Positions 17,356-25,922 of a stretch of 53,601 nucleotides of DNA are shown here, one piece after another. The DNA is taken from the sequence record DRR723986_13570, one strand, 5' to 3'. How positions within the stretch are numbered: the stretch's first letter is position 1; each line of letters begins with the position of its first letter. The notes below the pieces were generated by a model. It was not told the origin of the DNA. It saw only the letters and a list, made by a program, of their open reading frames with translations, and searched no databases. The translations under genes were made by a program, and so were the position numbers.

Positions 17356-19722
17356 TTATCTAATTACCGTGAATCTTTTCACAATACGCTCATCATTTTC
17401 ACCTAAAACTGTCACAAAGTAAATTCCCTCTGCTAAATTATCTGTAGCAATTGAAATTTTGTTTTGAGTGGTTGTTATGGTGTTGATACGTTGACCCAAT
17501 TCATTTGTTAATTCTATTTGTTGTACTAAATCTACATTGTCAATTTGGATGAATAAAACTGTTGATGAAGGGTTAGGATACAACTGAATACCGTTTTCAG
17601 ACAGCTCGTCCATACTTTCAGTATTCCCGCTAGCGTCTGTGTAAACCGAGAAATCGTCAAAATAGAATCCGTCTTCTTTTACACCACCATCAGCAATCAA
17701 CTGGAATTTAAATAAGCAATTCGTTTGTCCAATATATCCAGATAAATCAATCTCTTCAAATACCCAATCTGACTGGAAATTATCATATAAAGGATTATCA
17801 AAATCTTGGTTATTTCCTCCTTGATTCGTGTATTTACCACATAATGGAATCCATGTTGTTCCGCCGTCTGTTGAAATCATGAATTGTGCATAATCCCAAT
17901 CATTTTCAATTTCCCACATGGCCCAGAAGTTAATGTAAGCGTAAGTTGCATCACCAAAATCAAAAGCCTGATTCAATTGACATTCTGTTTGTGAATTATG
18001 GCTATAATCTGTAAACGGACTATCAGTAATACAGTTGTTAGGCGATACAAACTCTTCGTTAGTAAAACTCCAATCTCCTGACCAGTTATTCAAGTTTGAA
18101 CAATCATCTGTAAACACGGCATTTCCAACTCCATAAGTTTTAACTATCGTATCCATTTTAGTCCAAGATCCATTATCTGTTTCAAGGATGTAAATCACAT
18201 CATCACCAAATTGGATACCTGCGTCTAAAGTGTATGAGATAGAATCTTCTACAATTTCCATTAAGTTTAAATTGTGCGTATTTCCAGTTCCCATAGTTTG
18301 AATTCCTGTAAGAGGAGTCATACTAACAGTTATAGGACCGTTCGTTAAACCTAAACGCTCTAATTCGTAGCTAAAGTATCCCGTTGTGTTGGTGACTTTA
18401 CTCAACTCAATATCTTCAGTAACACCAAATACTAATGGCATATGGGCTAATGACATGTTCATGTGAATATTTGCTTTACAAATTGCTTCAATTGATGAAG
18501 ATGGAGGCCAAAAATCATTTCCGGTTCCTTCAGATGAAACTTCTGGAGTAATAGCGAAAATGGTGTCTTTGATTTGTAAACTATCTATATACATCCAATC
18601 ATCAGAATCACCGGCTGCTGGATACAATCCTGAACTTTTAATATTTGAGTATCCATTGTGTTTTACCATATGGCTACTGTAGGCCTCAAAGTAAGGGGCA
18701 TGTGGGGCAACATCTACACTTGACCATCCCATTGGATATAGTAATAAATTACCATGGGTGTGAGCGTTGAATGCGAACTTAAAATTGTGATTAGCACAAA
18801 ACCATTTAATTGCGTTTGTTTCAACCTCAGTGAATTCTGCAGTCCCCGGCCAGGTGTCGTTTCCAGGATTATTTGAAGTCCCAGATTCATCCCAGTGATA
18901 AGAGTAGTTTCTATTTAAATCAACTCCTGCGTTTCCACCTCCGCCACTCACTAAATTTCTGTTTTTTCTGTGCATTCCTCCACCGTTCGGGTCAGTCAAT
19001 TCATTGTGTCTGTATCCGTCAGGGTTAATCATTGGAACGAAATACATTTCTGTATTATCCACTAAATAAGTCACTTCAGGGTCAGTGCCATAATTCTCTA
19101 GCATATACCACATGTAGTAGATGGTTTGCGACAATGATGCAGGTTCTCTTGCGTGATGCAGTGAAGTGTACAATACTTCTTCTTCAGCCTCATCTGTATC
19201 TGCATTGTCTGAAATTCTTAGCCAGTAAATCGGATTTCCATCTACTGTAACAAAGTTGTCGATAGGTGCTTTTGCCGTAATTAAATTGGGATACTGGGCC
19301 TTCATGTCATCCAACTCGTCAATGAACTCCTGATATTTATAGAATCCACCCATGGTTCCTAAATTGAAGTTTGAAGGAGTGGTAGGATTGTAAGCAGAAC
19401 CTCCTACAGATGGGCAAGACGCTCTGTCCTGTCCTTTAAATTGAGAAGGTCGAGTTTGATCTTTGTAATAAGCTTTTACATCTGCAATGACAATTTCGTA
19501 GTTGAAGCCGTGAGCATCAAGTTTCGCAATATCAGTAGCCGATAGATCGGTCATAAAGTGCACATTTGATTTGTGTTCTCCATGGTCAATAGGAAGTCCT
19601 AAATTCCCAAGTTGACTGAGTTCGGCATCTGAGCCGTAAACTTTAACTCGGCTCCAAGTCTCTTGTCCGAATGAAACATTGAAACACAATGCGGCTAGTA
19701 GTAAGCTGTAAATTTTTTTCAT
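17356..19722 (-). CDS. M14 zinc carboxypeptidase (carboxypeptidase T-like) with beta-sandwich domain and T9SS type A CTD
   Basis: HHAREP, NPDG, RKNR, GVDLNRNY, HTHG, TPEV; C-terminal LYPNPS...GIYFV CTD. Confidence 0.9.
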   Translation of the reverse strand: MKKIYSLLLAALCFNVSFGQETWSRVKVYGSDAELSQLGNLGLPIDHGEHKSNVHFMTDLSATDIAKLDAHGFNYEIVIADVKAYYKDQTRPSQFKGQDRASCPSVGGSAYNPTTPSNFNLGTMGGFYKYQEFIDELDDMKAQYPNLITAKAPIDNFVTVDGNPIYWLRISDNADTDEAEEEVLYTSLHHAREPASLSQTIYYMWYMLENYGTDPEVTYLVDNTEMYFVPMINPDGYRHNELTDPNGGGMHRKNRNLVSGGGGNAGVDLNRNYSYHWDESGTSNNPGNDTWPGTAEFTEVETNAIKWFCANHNFKFAFNAHTHGNLLLYPMGWSSVDVAPHAPYFEAYSSHMVKHNGYSNIKSSGLYPAAGDSDDWMYIDSLQIKDTIFAITPEVSSEGTGNDFWPPSSSIEAICKANIHMNMSLAHMPLVFGVTEDIELSKVTNTTGYFSYELERLGLTNGPITVSMTPLTGIQTMGTGNTHNLNLMEIVEDSISYTLDAGIQFGDDVIYILETDNGSWTKMDTIVKTYGVGNAVFTDDCSNLNNWSGDWSFTNEEFVSPNNCITDSPFTDYSHNSQTECQLNQAFDFGDATYAYINFWAMWEIENDWDYAQFMISTDGGTTWIPLCGKYTNQGGNNQDFDNPLYDNFQSDWVFEEIDLSGYIGQTNCLFKFQLIADGGVKEDGFYFDDFSVYTDASGNTESMDELSENGIQLYPNPSSTVLFIQIDNVDLVQQIELTNELGQRINTITTTQNKISIATDNLAEGIYFVTVLGENDERIVKRFTVIR

Positions 19723-19815
19723 GGTTTTTTAACAGTTTGAGACTTTAAAGATAAGATTAATACAGTTAACCTTCAAATTTATAGGATGTTTGGCCAGTTT
19801 TATTGAGTGAACGGT

Positions 19816-19950
19816 TGTACATAAGTTGAAGATGGCGAAAAATGTACACTTTGAACACTTTGTTAATTTTTTCTTAAAAAAGCTTTCTAAAACGGTTAGT
19901 TACTAAACCGTTTAAAGTAATGGTCTACCGATTTTGGCACAAGATTTGGA
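19816..19950 (+). promoter_or_regulatory. Putative sigma54 (-24/-12) promoter with upstream candidate enhancer elements
   Basis: TTGGCAC-AAGAT-TTGGA at 19934-19950 (one mismatch at -12); TGTACA at 19816 and 19843; inverted repeat AAACGGTTAGT/ACTAAACCGTTT at 19890-19913. Confidence 0.55.
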
Positions 19951-19979
19951 GATTGCTAACCAAACTAAAATGAATCGCA

Positions 19980-20405
19980 ATGAAAAAAATTTTTACACTA
20001 TTGGCAATCGCCAGCTTAACAGTTTCGTTTGGACAGGATTTGGCTCCTGACCAAAATCCGAACTATCAGATCAGCCAAGATAAATACATGCAAAAAAGTG
20101 ATGAGTTAACTGCTGCACATAGCACGACAATTCAAGATACTTACAAAGCATATGATTGGAGAGAAGCTAAGGAAGAGCAAAAACAATTAAGAAGAGATCG
20201 CAGGTTTGAATTGAGAAAAATGCGCATCCAAAGCAGATATCCAGTTTGTTGTAATCAAGGATATAGAAGATATGGAAACCAGGGTTGGAATCAACCAACA
20301 TACTACGGTTATCCAAACTATAACTATGGATACAACAATTATTATGCAAATCCATACTGGAATTCAATGTATTTAGGAGCTGGATTGTATTCAATATTCT
20401 TTTAA
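19980..20405 (+). CDS. Secreted hypothetical protein with Tyr/Gly/Asn-rich low-complexity C-terminus
   Basis: Signal peptide, charged helical middle, YGYPNYNYGYNNYY tail. Confidence 0.75.
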   Translation: MKKIFTLLAIASLTVSFGQDLAPDQNPNYQISQDKYMQKSDELTAAHSTTIQDTYKAYDWREAKEEQKQLRRDRRFELRKMRIQSRYPVCCNQGYRRYGNQGWNQPTYYGYPNYNYGYNNYYANPYWNSMYLGAGLYSIFF

Positions 20406-20430
20406 TAGCAACCTTTTAAAACCAAAGAAA

Positions 20431-21015
20431 ATGAAAACTAGAAAATTATATATCGCGGCCCTTGTGGCCATTTGCTTGGGACTATTTAGTTGCCATAGCG
20501 TAAGTAGATTAGATGTTGAAGAAGAAATCGATTTATCAGGAAGATGGAATGATGTCGATTCTAAATTGACTGCAGAATCAATGATTGCTCAAGTATTGGA
20601 AGATGCTTGGTTAGCCGATCATATGAGAGCTAAAAATGAAAAGCCAGTTGTAATTGTTGGTTTTGTAAAAAACAAAAGTCATGAGCACATTGAAGCTGAA
20701 ACTTTTATGAAGGATATTGAAAAATCATTTATCACTTCTAAAAAAGTAAGATTGGTTCAGGGCGGTGAAAAAAGAGAACAGATTAGAGGTGAGAGAGCTG
20801 ACCAACAAACCAACGCTTCTGCATCTACCATGAAAAGATTTGGATTAGAGCATGGTGCAGATTACATGATGCAAGGTTCAATCAATACCATTGTAGATAC
20901 TTATAAAAAGAAGAAAGTGTCTTACTATCAAGTTGACCTAGAGTTGACAAATATGGAAACCAACGAAATCGTTTGGATTGGAGATAAAAAAATTAAAAAG
21001 TATATCAAAAACTAA
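20431..21015 (+). CDS. LpoB-family (CsgG/TolB-N-like fold) lipoprotein
   Basis: Lipobox LFS-C, DLSGRWND, VKNKSHEHI, GADYMMQGSI, YQVDLELTNMETNEIVW. Confidence 0.8.
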   Translation: MKTRKLYIAALVAICLGLFSCHSVSRLDVEEEIDLSGRWNDVDSKLTAESMIAQVLEDAWLADHMRAKNEKPVVIVGFVKNKSHEHIEAETFMKDIEKSFITSKKVRLVQGGEKREQIRGERADQQTNASASTMKRFGLEHGADYMMQGSINTIVDTYKKKKVSYYQVDLELTNMETNEIVWIGDKKIKKYIKN

Positions 21016-21031
21016 TGATTGATTAGTCTAT

Positions 21032-21067
21032 GGGTGTCCTTCTCCTCACAGTGAAGGCGCCCTTTTT
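21032..21067 (+). terminator. Hairpin plus U-tract between the LpoB-like and TPR lipoprotein genes
   Basis: GGGTGTCCTTC-tcctcacagt-GAAGGCGCCC-TTTTT. Confidence 0.7.
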
Positions 21068-21085
21068 AACCAAAAAATAAAATCC

Positions 21086-22420
21086 TTGATCGCGAAAATT
21101 AGACATATCATTTTTATTGGACTTACTGCTTTGCTGTTTTCATGCGGCACCTATTATCAAAAAACGTTGGCTACTGAACAAGCCTTGGTTGTTGGTAATT
21201 ATCATGAAGCAAAAGAAGCAGTTGAAGGCAGTAAGTTTTTAAAACGCAAAAGAAATTCATTGCTCTATGCACTAGAAATGGGCAAAGTCTTGCACCTAAA
21301 AGGCGATTTTAAAGAAAGCAATAAATACTTGGAATATGCCGATTACAAAATGCAAGAATTTAATTCTATCGGAGATCATGCAGTAGGGGCCTTGGTAAAT
21401 CAATCTATGCAAACTTACCGTGCCGAGGAGCATGAAAAAATCATGGTACATTACTACAAAGCCTTGAATTATATGCAAATGGGGGATGTAGAGGAGGCTT
21501 TGGTAGAGGCTAGAAAAATTAATTTGGCGCAACAAGCGCTTAATATTGCTGCAAAATCTAAAGACCATAAATACAGACAAGATCCTTTTGGTTTAATGTT
21601 GATGGGCATGCTATATGAGGCAGACCATGATTATAATAACGCCTTTATCGCATACAGAAATGCGAAAGAAGTTTATGATGCCGATCAAAGTGGGCTGTTT
21701 CATTTGAACAAACCGAGTCATTTAGAGCAAGATATCGTGAGAACTGCTCAGTATGCAGGAATCACTTATTCATCAGCTCTTCAAATTGAAGAGAATTATG
21801 CTGAACACGGTGAACTCATTTTGTTTTGGGAAAACGGATTGTCTCCAGTGAAAAATGAAAAGGATATGTTCTTTAGTTTAGATCAGAATAATGATGGTTT
21901 TTTCTTTGCTTCTGATGGATTAATGATTCCAATAGATTATAATTTTGCTGCTAGTGACCCCGATTTTGATCCAGGTTCTGTAGGCCTTATTCGATTGGCT
22001 AGATCTTACTATGTAAATAGAATGCCCATGACAATGGGAGTGAATGTTGAGGTGAATGGACAACAGCAAAAATTGGAGATGGCTCAAGATATATCGGCCT
22101 TGGCATTTCAACAAGAAAAAGAAAATTACCTGAAAGACTTAGGTGCTGATTTGTTGCGCTTGACCTTGAAAAAGATATCTGAAGCGGCACTTAAAGAGGC
22201 TGATGAAACTGCTGGAACCTTATTGAATATTGCGAATTTTGCCACTGAAAAAGCAGATACCAGAAACTGGCAAAGCCTTCCGAGTCAAATTCAGTTTGCC
22301 CGTATACCTTTAAAAGAAGGTCTGAACAAAGTGAAAGTTGAAACTTCGTTAGGAGAAACGATTGAATTGGAAGTGTTTGGAACGGGTCGCGTTCTTTTTA
22401 GAAATGTGGTGACTTACTAG
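21086..22420 (+). CDS. COG3014-like TPR lipoprotein
   Basis: Lipobox LFS-C, LLYALEMG, YYKALNY, ALVEARK, KADTRNWQSLP; this family typically neighbours LpoB-like genes. Confidence 0.75.
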   Translation: MIAKIRHIIFIGLTALLFSCGTYYQKTLATEQALVVGNYHEAKEAVEGSKFLKRKRNSLLYALEMGKVLHLKGDFKESNKYLEYADYKMQEFNSIGDHAVGALVNQSMQTYRAEEHEKIMVHYYKALNYMQMGDVEEALVEARKINLAQQALNIAAKSKDHKYRQDPFGLMLMGMLYEADHDYNNAFIAYRNAKEVYDADQSGLFHLNKPSHLEQDIVRTAQYAGITYSSALQIEENYAEHGELILFWENGLSPVKNEKDMFFSLDQNNDGFFFASDGLMIPIDYNFAASDPDFDPGSVGLIRLARSYYVNRMPMTMGVNVEVNGQQQKLEMAQDISALAFQQEKENYLKDLGADLLRLTLKKISEAALKEADETAGTLLNIANFATEKADTRNWQSLPSQIQFARIPLKEGLNKVKVETSLGETIELEVFGTGRVLFRNVVTY

Positions 22421-23133
22421 TATTCAATGTGATGAGATTCACCAGATGAACAAGTAGCTACCGGTAAGTACATGTGCACATACGCAATACTTTGACCCCC
22501 AGAATAACAGCTGTAGGTAAAAAATACGGCATGCTTTCCGTCTGAATCTTCAAATCGATAGGTAATTGGATGATGTAAATGTGTCCAATTATACTCCATC
22601 TCAAATTGTCCTGATGATTTATCAGTTAAGGTTAATAAATGTTCTGCTTGATAAGTTGAGAACAGAACTGAATCGATAACTTGACCTTCGTATAGCGTAT
22701 CTGCTGTAACTTTAAAAGACAGAGTGGCTGAACTTTCATAGACAATTCCTACATCTTGAATTAAATGGCTAATATCTCCTGCGTTTTCGCCTTTTCCTTT
22801 GCCAATATCTCCGACCAGAATAGTGGTTTCTTCATCCAATCGAATGGATGCCTCATTTAAACTCGTGGTTCCATCATTAGTGTAACCATCTCCCCAAAAA
22901 TAGAAGTTACCGTTTTCATCAGTTGTGGTACTTTCAAGTATTTTTTCTTGCGTGTCATTAGTTAACACATTAGGGGCCGGAACAAAGTTTTGATACAAAT
23001 AAATCGTTCGATTAGCAACAGGCGTATTTGAGCAGTCAGTCACTAATTTGCCTTTCAAGAATGCCTTGTTTGGATTCTTTTTACACGAAGCTGCAAGAAT
23101 AACTACAGCTAAAAATAATATCAAGTTTTTCAT
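22417..23133 (-). CDS. Hypothetical lipoprotein with transthyretin/carboxypeptidase-regulatory-like N-domain
   Basis: Lipobox AAS-CKK, TTTDENGNFYF; -7 TAATTTTG 4 nt upstream of the ATG. Confidence 0.7.
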   Translation of the reverse strand: MKNLILFLAVVILAASCKKNPNKAFLKGKLVTDCSNTPVANRTIYLYQNFVPAPNVLTNDTQEKILESTTTDENGNFYFWGDGYTNDGTTSLNEASIRLDEETTILVGDIGKGKGENAGDISHLIQDVGIVYESSATLSFKVTADTLYEGQVIDSVLFSTYQAEHLLTLTDKSSGQFEMEYNWTHLHHPITYRFEDSDGKHAVFFTYSCYSGGQSIAYVHMYLPVATCSSGESHHIEY

Positions 23134-23189
23134 GGTTCAAAATTACATTAAACATTTATTTCAATACCTTAGTTAACAGAAACTTATCA

Positions 23190-24068
23190 ATGGCGGATTG
23201 TAAAAATTGTAATACCCCAATTCAAACGACTGATCAATTTTGTGCCAATTGCGGACAAAAAAATCGTGAGAAACTGACCTTAAAAGTTTTATTAGGAGAG
23301 TTAGCAAATGCTTATTTGTCTTGGGATTCTAAATTATTCAGAACACTTAAACCGTTGTTTTTTAAACCTGGAGAGGTATCCAAAAATTACTTAGCCGGAA
23401 AGCGTAAGCACTATGTGGCACCTATGCGAATTTATTTATTCGCAAGTGTGATGTTTTTTATTTTGGTTTCTTTATTCGGTACGAGAGTAAGTCCAGGTCC
23501 TGCGAGTGAAGATGATCAAATATTTCACTTATCCTTTGATGAAGAATCTGAAAACATTCCGAGAGACAGTTTACTCTTGATGATTGAACATGATCGTCTT
23601 GGCGAGTTGAGTATTTTAAAAGAACGACAAGATGGATTTTGGAAGGAGTTTGTAAAACAAGGAATTATCGTTAGCATTCAATCAGGAAATTTTTTAGGCT
23701 TTTTGCAAAAGAACATTTCTTTTATGTTCTTCATTTTTATTCCTGTTTTTGGATGGATACTGAAGCTTTTTCACCGTAAGCGGAGAATGGATTATATTGA
23801 ACATTTGGTGTTTGGCTTGTATTTACATGCTTTCATTTTTTTCACCCTTTTTATAACATTGAGTATCGCCCACATTATTGGGCAGGGTTGGCCAGTGTTT
23901 GTTGGTGTCCCGTCATTGGTGATTTATTTGGCAGCAGGGATGCATAACTTTTATGAGGCAAGTTGGTTAAGAACAATTCTAAAAACCATTTTTATTCTCT
24001 TGGTTTATATCATCTTGTTTAGCATGTTTTCTTTGCTTACTATTGGCATCACGATTTGGTTTTATTAA
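23190..24068 (+). CDS. DUF3667 domain membrane protein with N-terminal zinc ribbon
   Basis: CKNC...FCANCGQK, KLFRTL..LFFKPG..SKNYLAGKRKHYVAPMRIYLF, YIEHLVFGLYLH. Confidence 0.85.
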   Translation: MADCKNCNTPIQTTDQFCANCGQKNREKLTLKVLLGELANAYLSWDSKLFRTLKPLFFKPGEVSKNYLAGKRKHYVAPMRIYLFASVMFFILVSLFGTRVSPGPASEDDQIFHLSFDEESENIPRDSLLLMIEHDRLGELSILKERQDGFWKEFVKQGIIVSIQSGNFLGFLQKNISFMFFIFIPVFGWILKLFHRKRRMDYIEHLVFGLYLHAFIFFTLFITLSIAHIIGQGWPVFVGVPSLVIYLAAGMHNFYEASWLRTILKTIFILLVYIILFSMFSLLTIGITIWFY

Positions 24069-24172
24069 AAAAGAGCTGTTCATCTTTTGTTTCAAGTAAT
24101 TTATCGAGAAAATCGTTTAAAAAAGAATTTGATAATTAGTTTTACGCAATAATTTTAAACTCACTTACTTAA

Positions 24173-25516
24173 ATGAAAAAAATAACGATTCTCGCTGTTA
24201 CAGCATTGTTGACGAGTTGCGCAACTTTAATGCGGAAAGAATTTAATGAAGACGTAAATTTTACTGCAAACGGTGAACAAAATGTTGATGTTTATATCAA
24301 TGATGAATACAAAGGTCAAGCGCCTGTCCAGGTCAATCTAGATGCAAGAGAACAGTACCAAGTAAAATATGGTAAAGCCGGATACAAACCTAACGAATAC
24401 GAATTACGAGGAAGTGTTCAACCAAAATATGTAATCGGTGATATTGTAATGGGAGGTGCCTTGTTAGGTCCAATTCCAATAATAGTTGACGCGGTTACTG
24501 ACAAATGGAGAAGTTTTGATGAAGATGAAATCAATTCACGTTTCACCAGATTCGAATGGGAACAAGGTAGCTATACTAGCCCTGATGGGACCGCAGTTGT
24601 TGACGTGCCAGATTCTGACGGAGATGGCATTAACGATAAAGAAGATGATTGTCCGAAAATAGCTGGTTTAGACAAGTTTAATGGTTGTCCAGATACTGAT
24701 GGTGACGGTGTTATAGATAAAGAGGATGGTTGCCCTAAAATCAAAGGTTCAATTGAAAATCACGGTTGTCCAGATGGTGAAAAGCTGTTGGACACAGATG
24801 GAGATGGAATCATGGATGATGTTGATAAATGTCCTAAAGTACCAGGCCTTGCCGAACTAAATGGCTGCCCTAAAGAAGATAATATTGATTCTGACGGAGA
24901 TGGTATAATTGACTCTGAAGATGATTGTCCTCAAGTTGCGGGAATTAAAAAGTTAAAAGGTTGTCCAGAAGCAATTGAGCCGGATACAGATGGAGATGGG
25001 ATTATTGATTCAGAAGATAAGTGTCCTAAAGTAAAAGGTATTAAAGAGTTGAATGGATGTCCAAAAATCGTTGATGAGTCGCATGGGGCTGATGGAAAAA
25101 TCATTCCGAAGCTTGGAGATCATGGTCAAATTTTAAATTGGCGTGACATTAGAAATGAAGATTTACCAGATGTTAAAGGAAAGATGTTTGAAATAAAGAA
25201 CCTAAACTTTGAAACAGGTTCGGCTAAAATCAAACCTTCATCCTATAAAGAATTAGATGAGGTAGTAACATTCATGAAGGCTGCTCCTGATGCTAAAATT
25301 GATGTTGAAGGTCATACAGATAGTCAGGGAAGTGAGTCAGGCAACTTGTCATTGTCTCAGAAAAGAGCAAAATCTGTTGTTGCTTACTTGGTTGAAAAAG
25401 GAATTGATGCAACCAGATTATTTGACCATGGATATGGCGAAGAAAAACCAGTTGCTACAAATGAAACGCCAGAAGGTCGTGCAACTAACAGACGTGTAGA
25501 GTTTCATTTTAAATAG
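24173..25516 (+). CDS. OmpA-family peptidoglycan-binding lipoprotein with PEGA-like domain and TSP3-type Ca-binding repeats
   Basis: Lipobox LTS-C, VYINDEYKGQAP, five DxDGDG..D..DxCP repeats, LNFETGS, EGHTD, LSQKRA, NRRVEF. Confidence 0.9.
   Translation: MKKITILAVTALLTSCATLMRKEFNEDVNFTANGEQNVDVYINDEYKGQAPVQVNLDAREQYQVKYGKAGYKPNEYELRGSVQPKYVIGDIVMGGALLGPIPIIVDAVTDKWRSFDEDEINSRFTRFEWEQGSYTSPDGTAVVDVPDSDGDGINDKEDDCPKIAGLDKFNGCPDTDGDGVIDKEDGCPKIKGSIENHGCPDGEKLLDTDGDGIMDDVDKCPKVPGLAELNGCPKEDNIDSDGDGIIDSEDDCPQVAGIKKLKGCPEAIEPDTDGDGIIDSEDKCPKVKGIKELNGCPKIVDESHGADGKIIPKLGDHGQILNWRDIRNEDLPDVKGKMFEIKNLNFETGSAKIKPSSYKELDEVVTFMKAAPDAKIDVEGHTDSQGSESGNLSLSQKRAKSVVAYLVEKGIDATRLFDHGYGEEKPVATNETPEGRATNRRVEFHFK
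24611..25063 (+). repeat. Five intragenic thrombospondin type-3-like repeats (27-33 aa)
   Basis: DxDGDG units start at 24611, 24692, 24791, 24887 and 24983. Confidence 0.9.
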
Positions 25517-25539
25517 ACATACATAAGAATCATACAGGT

Positions 25540-25573
25540 AAGCCATCTCGAATTTTTTCGAGATGGCTTTTTT
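25540..25573 (+). terminator. Intrinsic terminator after the OmpA-family gene
   Basis: AAGCCATCTCGAA-tttt-TTCGAGATGGCTT-TTTT. Confidence 0.9.
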
Positions 25574-25598
25574 CGTATATTTTTCGAAAAAATACTCG

Positions 25599-25922
25599 AT
25601 TAAGAAAAAGATTAACGGAATCTTTAAGTTGATGCTGGGAACAGCCGCTATTGTATTTGCGTTTGCAGCTTTGTCTTATACTACTAAAACTGCGCATGCG
25701 GATAATTCGACAAACAATGAAGCCTTGATGTTACCTCAACCGGGCCAATCTTTTGGTAAGTATCGCATTCAATATGTTTGCGGATTAGACGGTAATTCTA
25801 AATTTTATTGGCATATCTGTGCTACGAATACTGAGACTGGCAAATTTAAAGTTTTCCGTTGGTCAAAAGATAGCCAAGATTGGGTAGAGCAATTTGGAAA
25901 AGATTTACCAGAATTACCCTAA
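25599..25922 (+). CDS. Small secreted hypothetical protein (start uncertain)
   Basis: Signal-peptide-like KKKINGIFKLMLGTAAIVFAFAALSYTTKTAHA; the ORF-track ATG (25563) lies inside the upstream terminator. Confidence 0.6.
   Translation: MKKKINGIFKLMLGTAAIVFAFAALSYTTKTAHADNSTNNEALMLPQPGQSFGKYRIQYVCGLDGNSKFYWHICATNTETGKFKVFRWSKDSQDWVEQFGKDLPELP

Noticed and set aside
19784-19814. Possible LytTR-type direct repeat (CCGTTCACTC / CCAAACATCC, 21-nt period, - strand) upstream of the M14 peptidase
   Set aside because: Only about half the positions match; too weak to call
24611-25063. Regularly spaced DNA repeats resembling a CRISPR array
   Set aside because: In-frame, synonymous-variable protein repeats (TSP3-like) inside the OmpA gene; no cas genes
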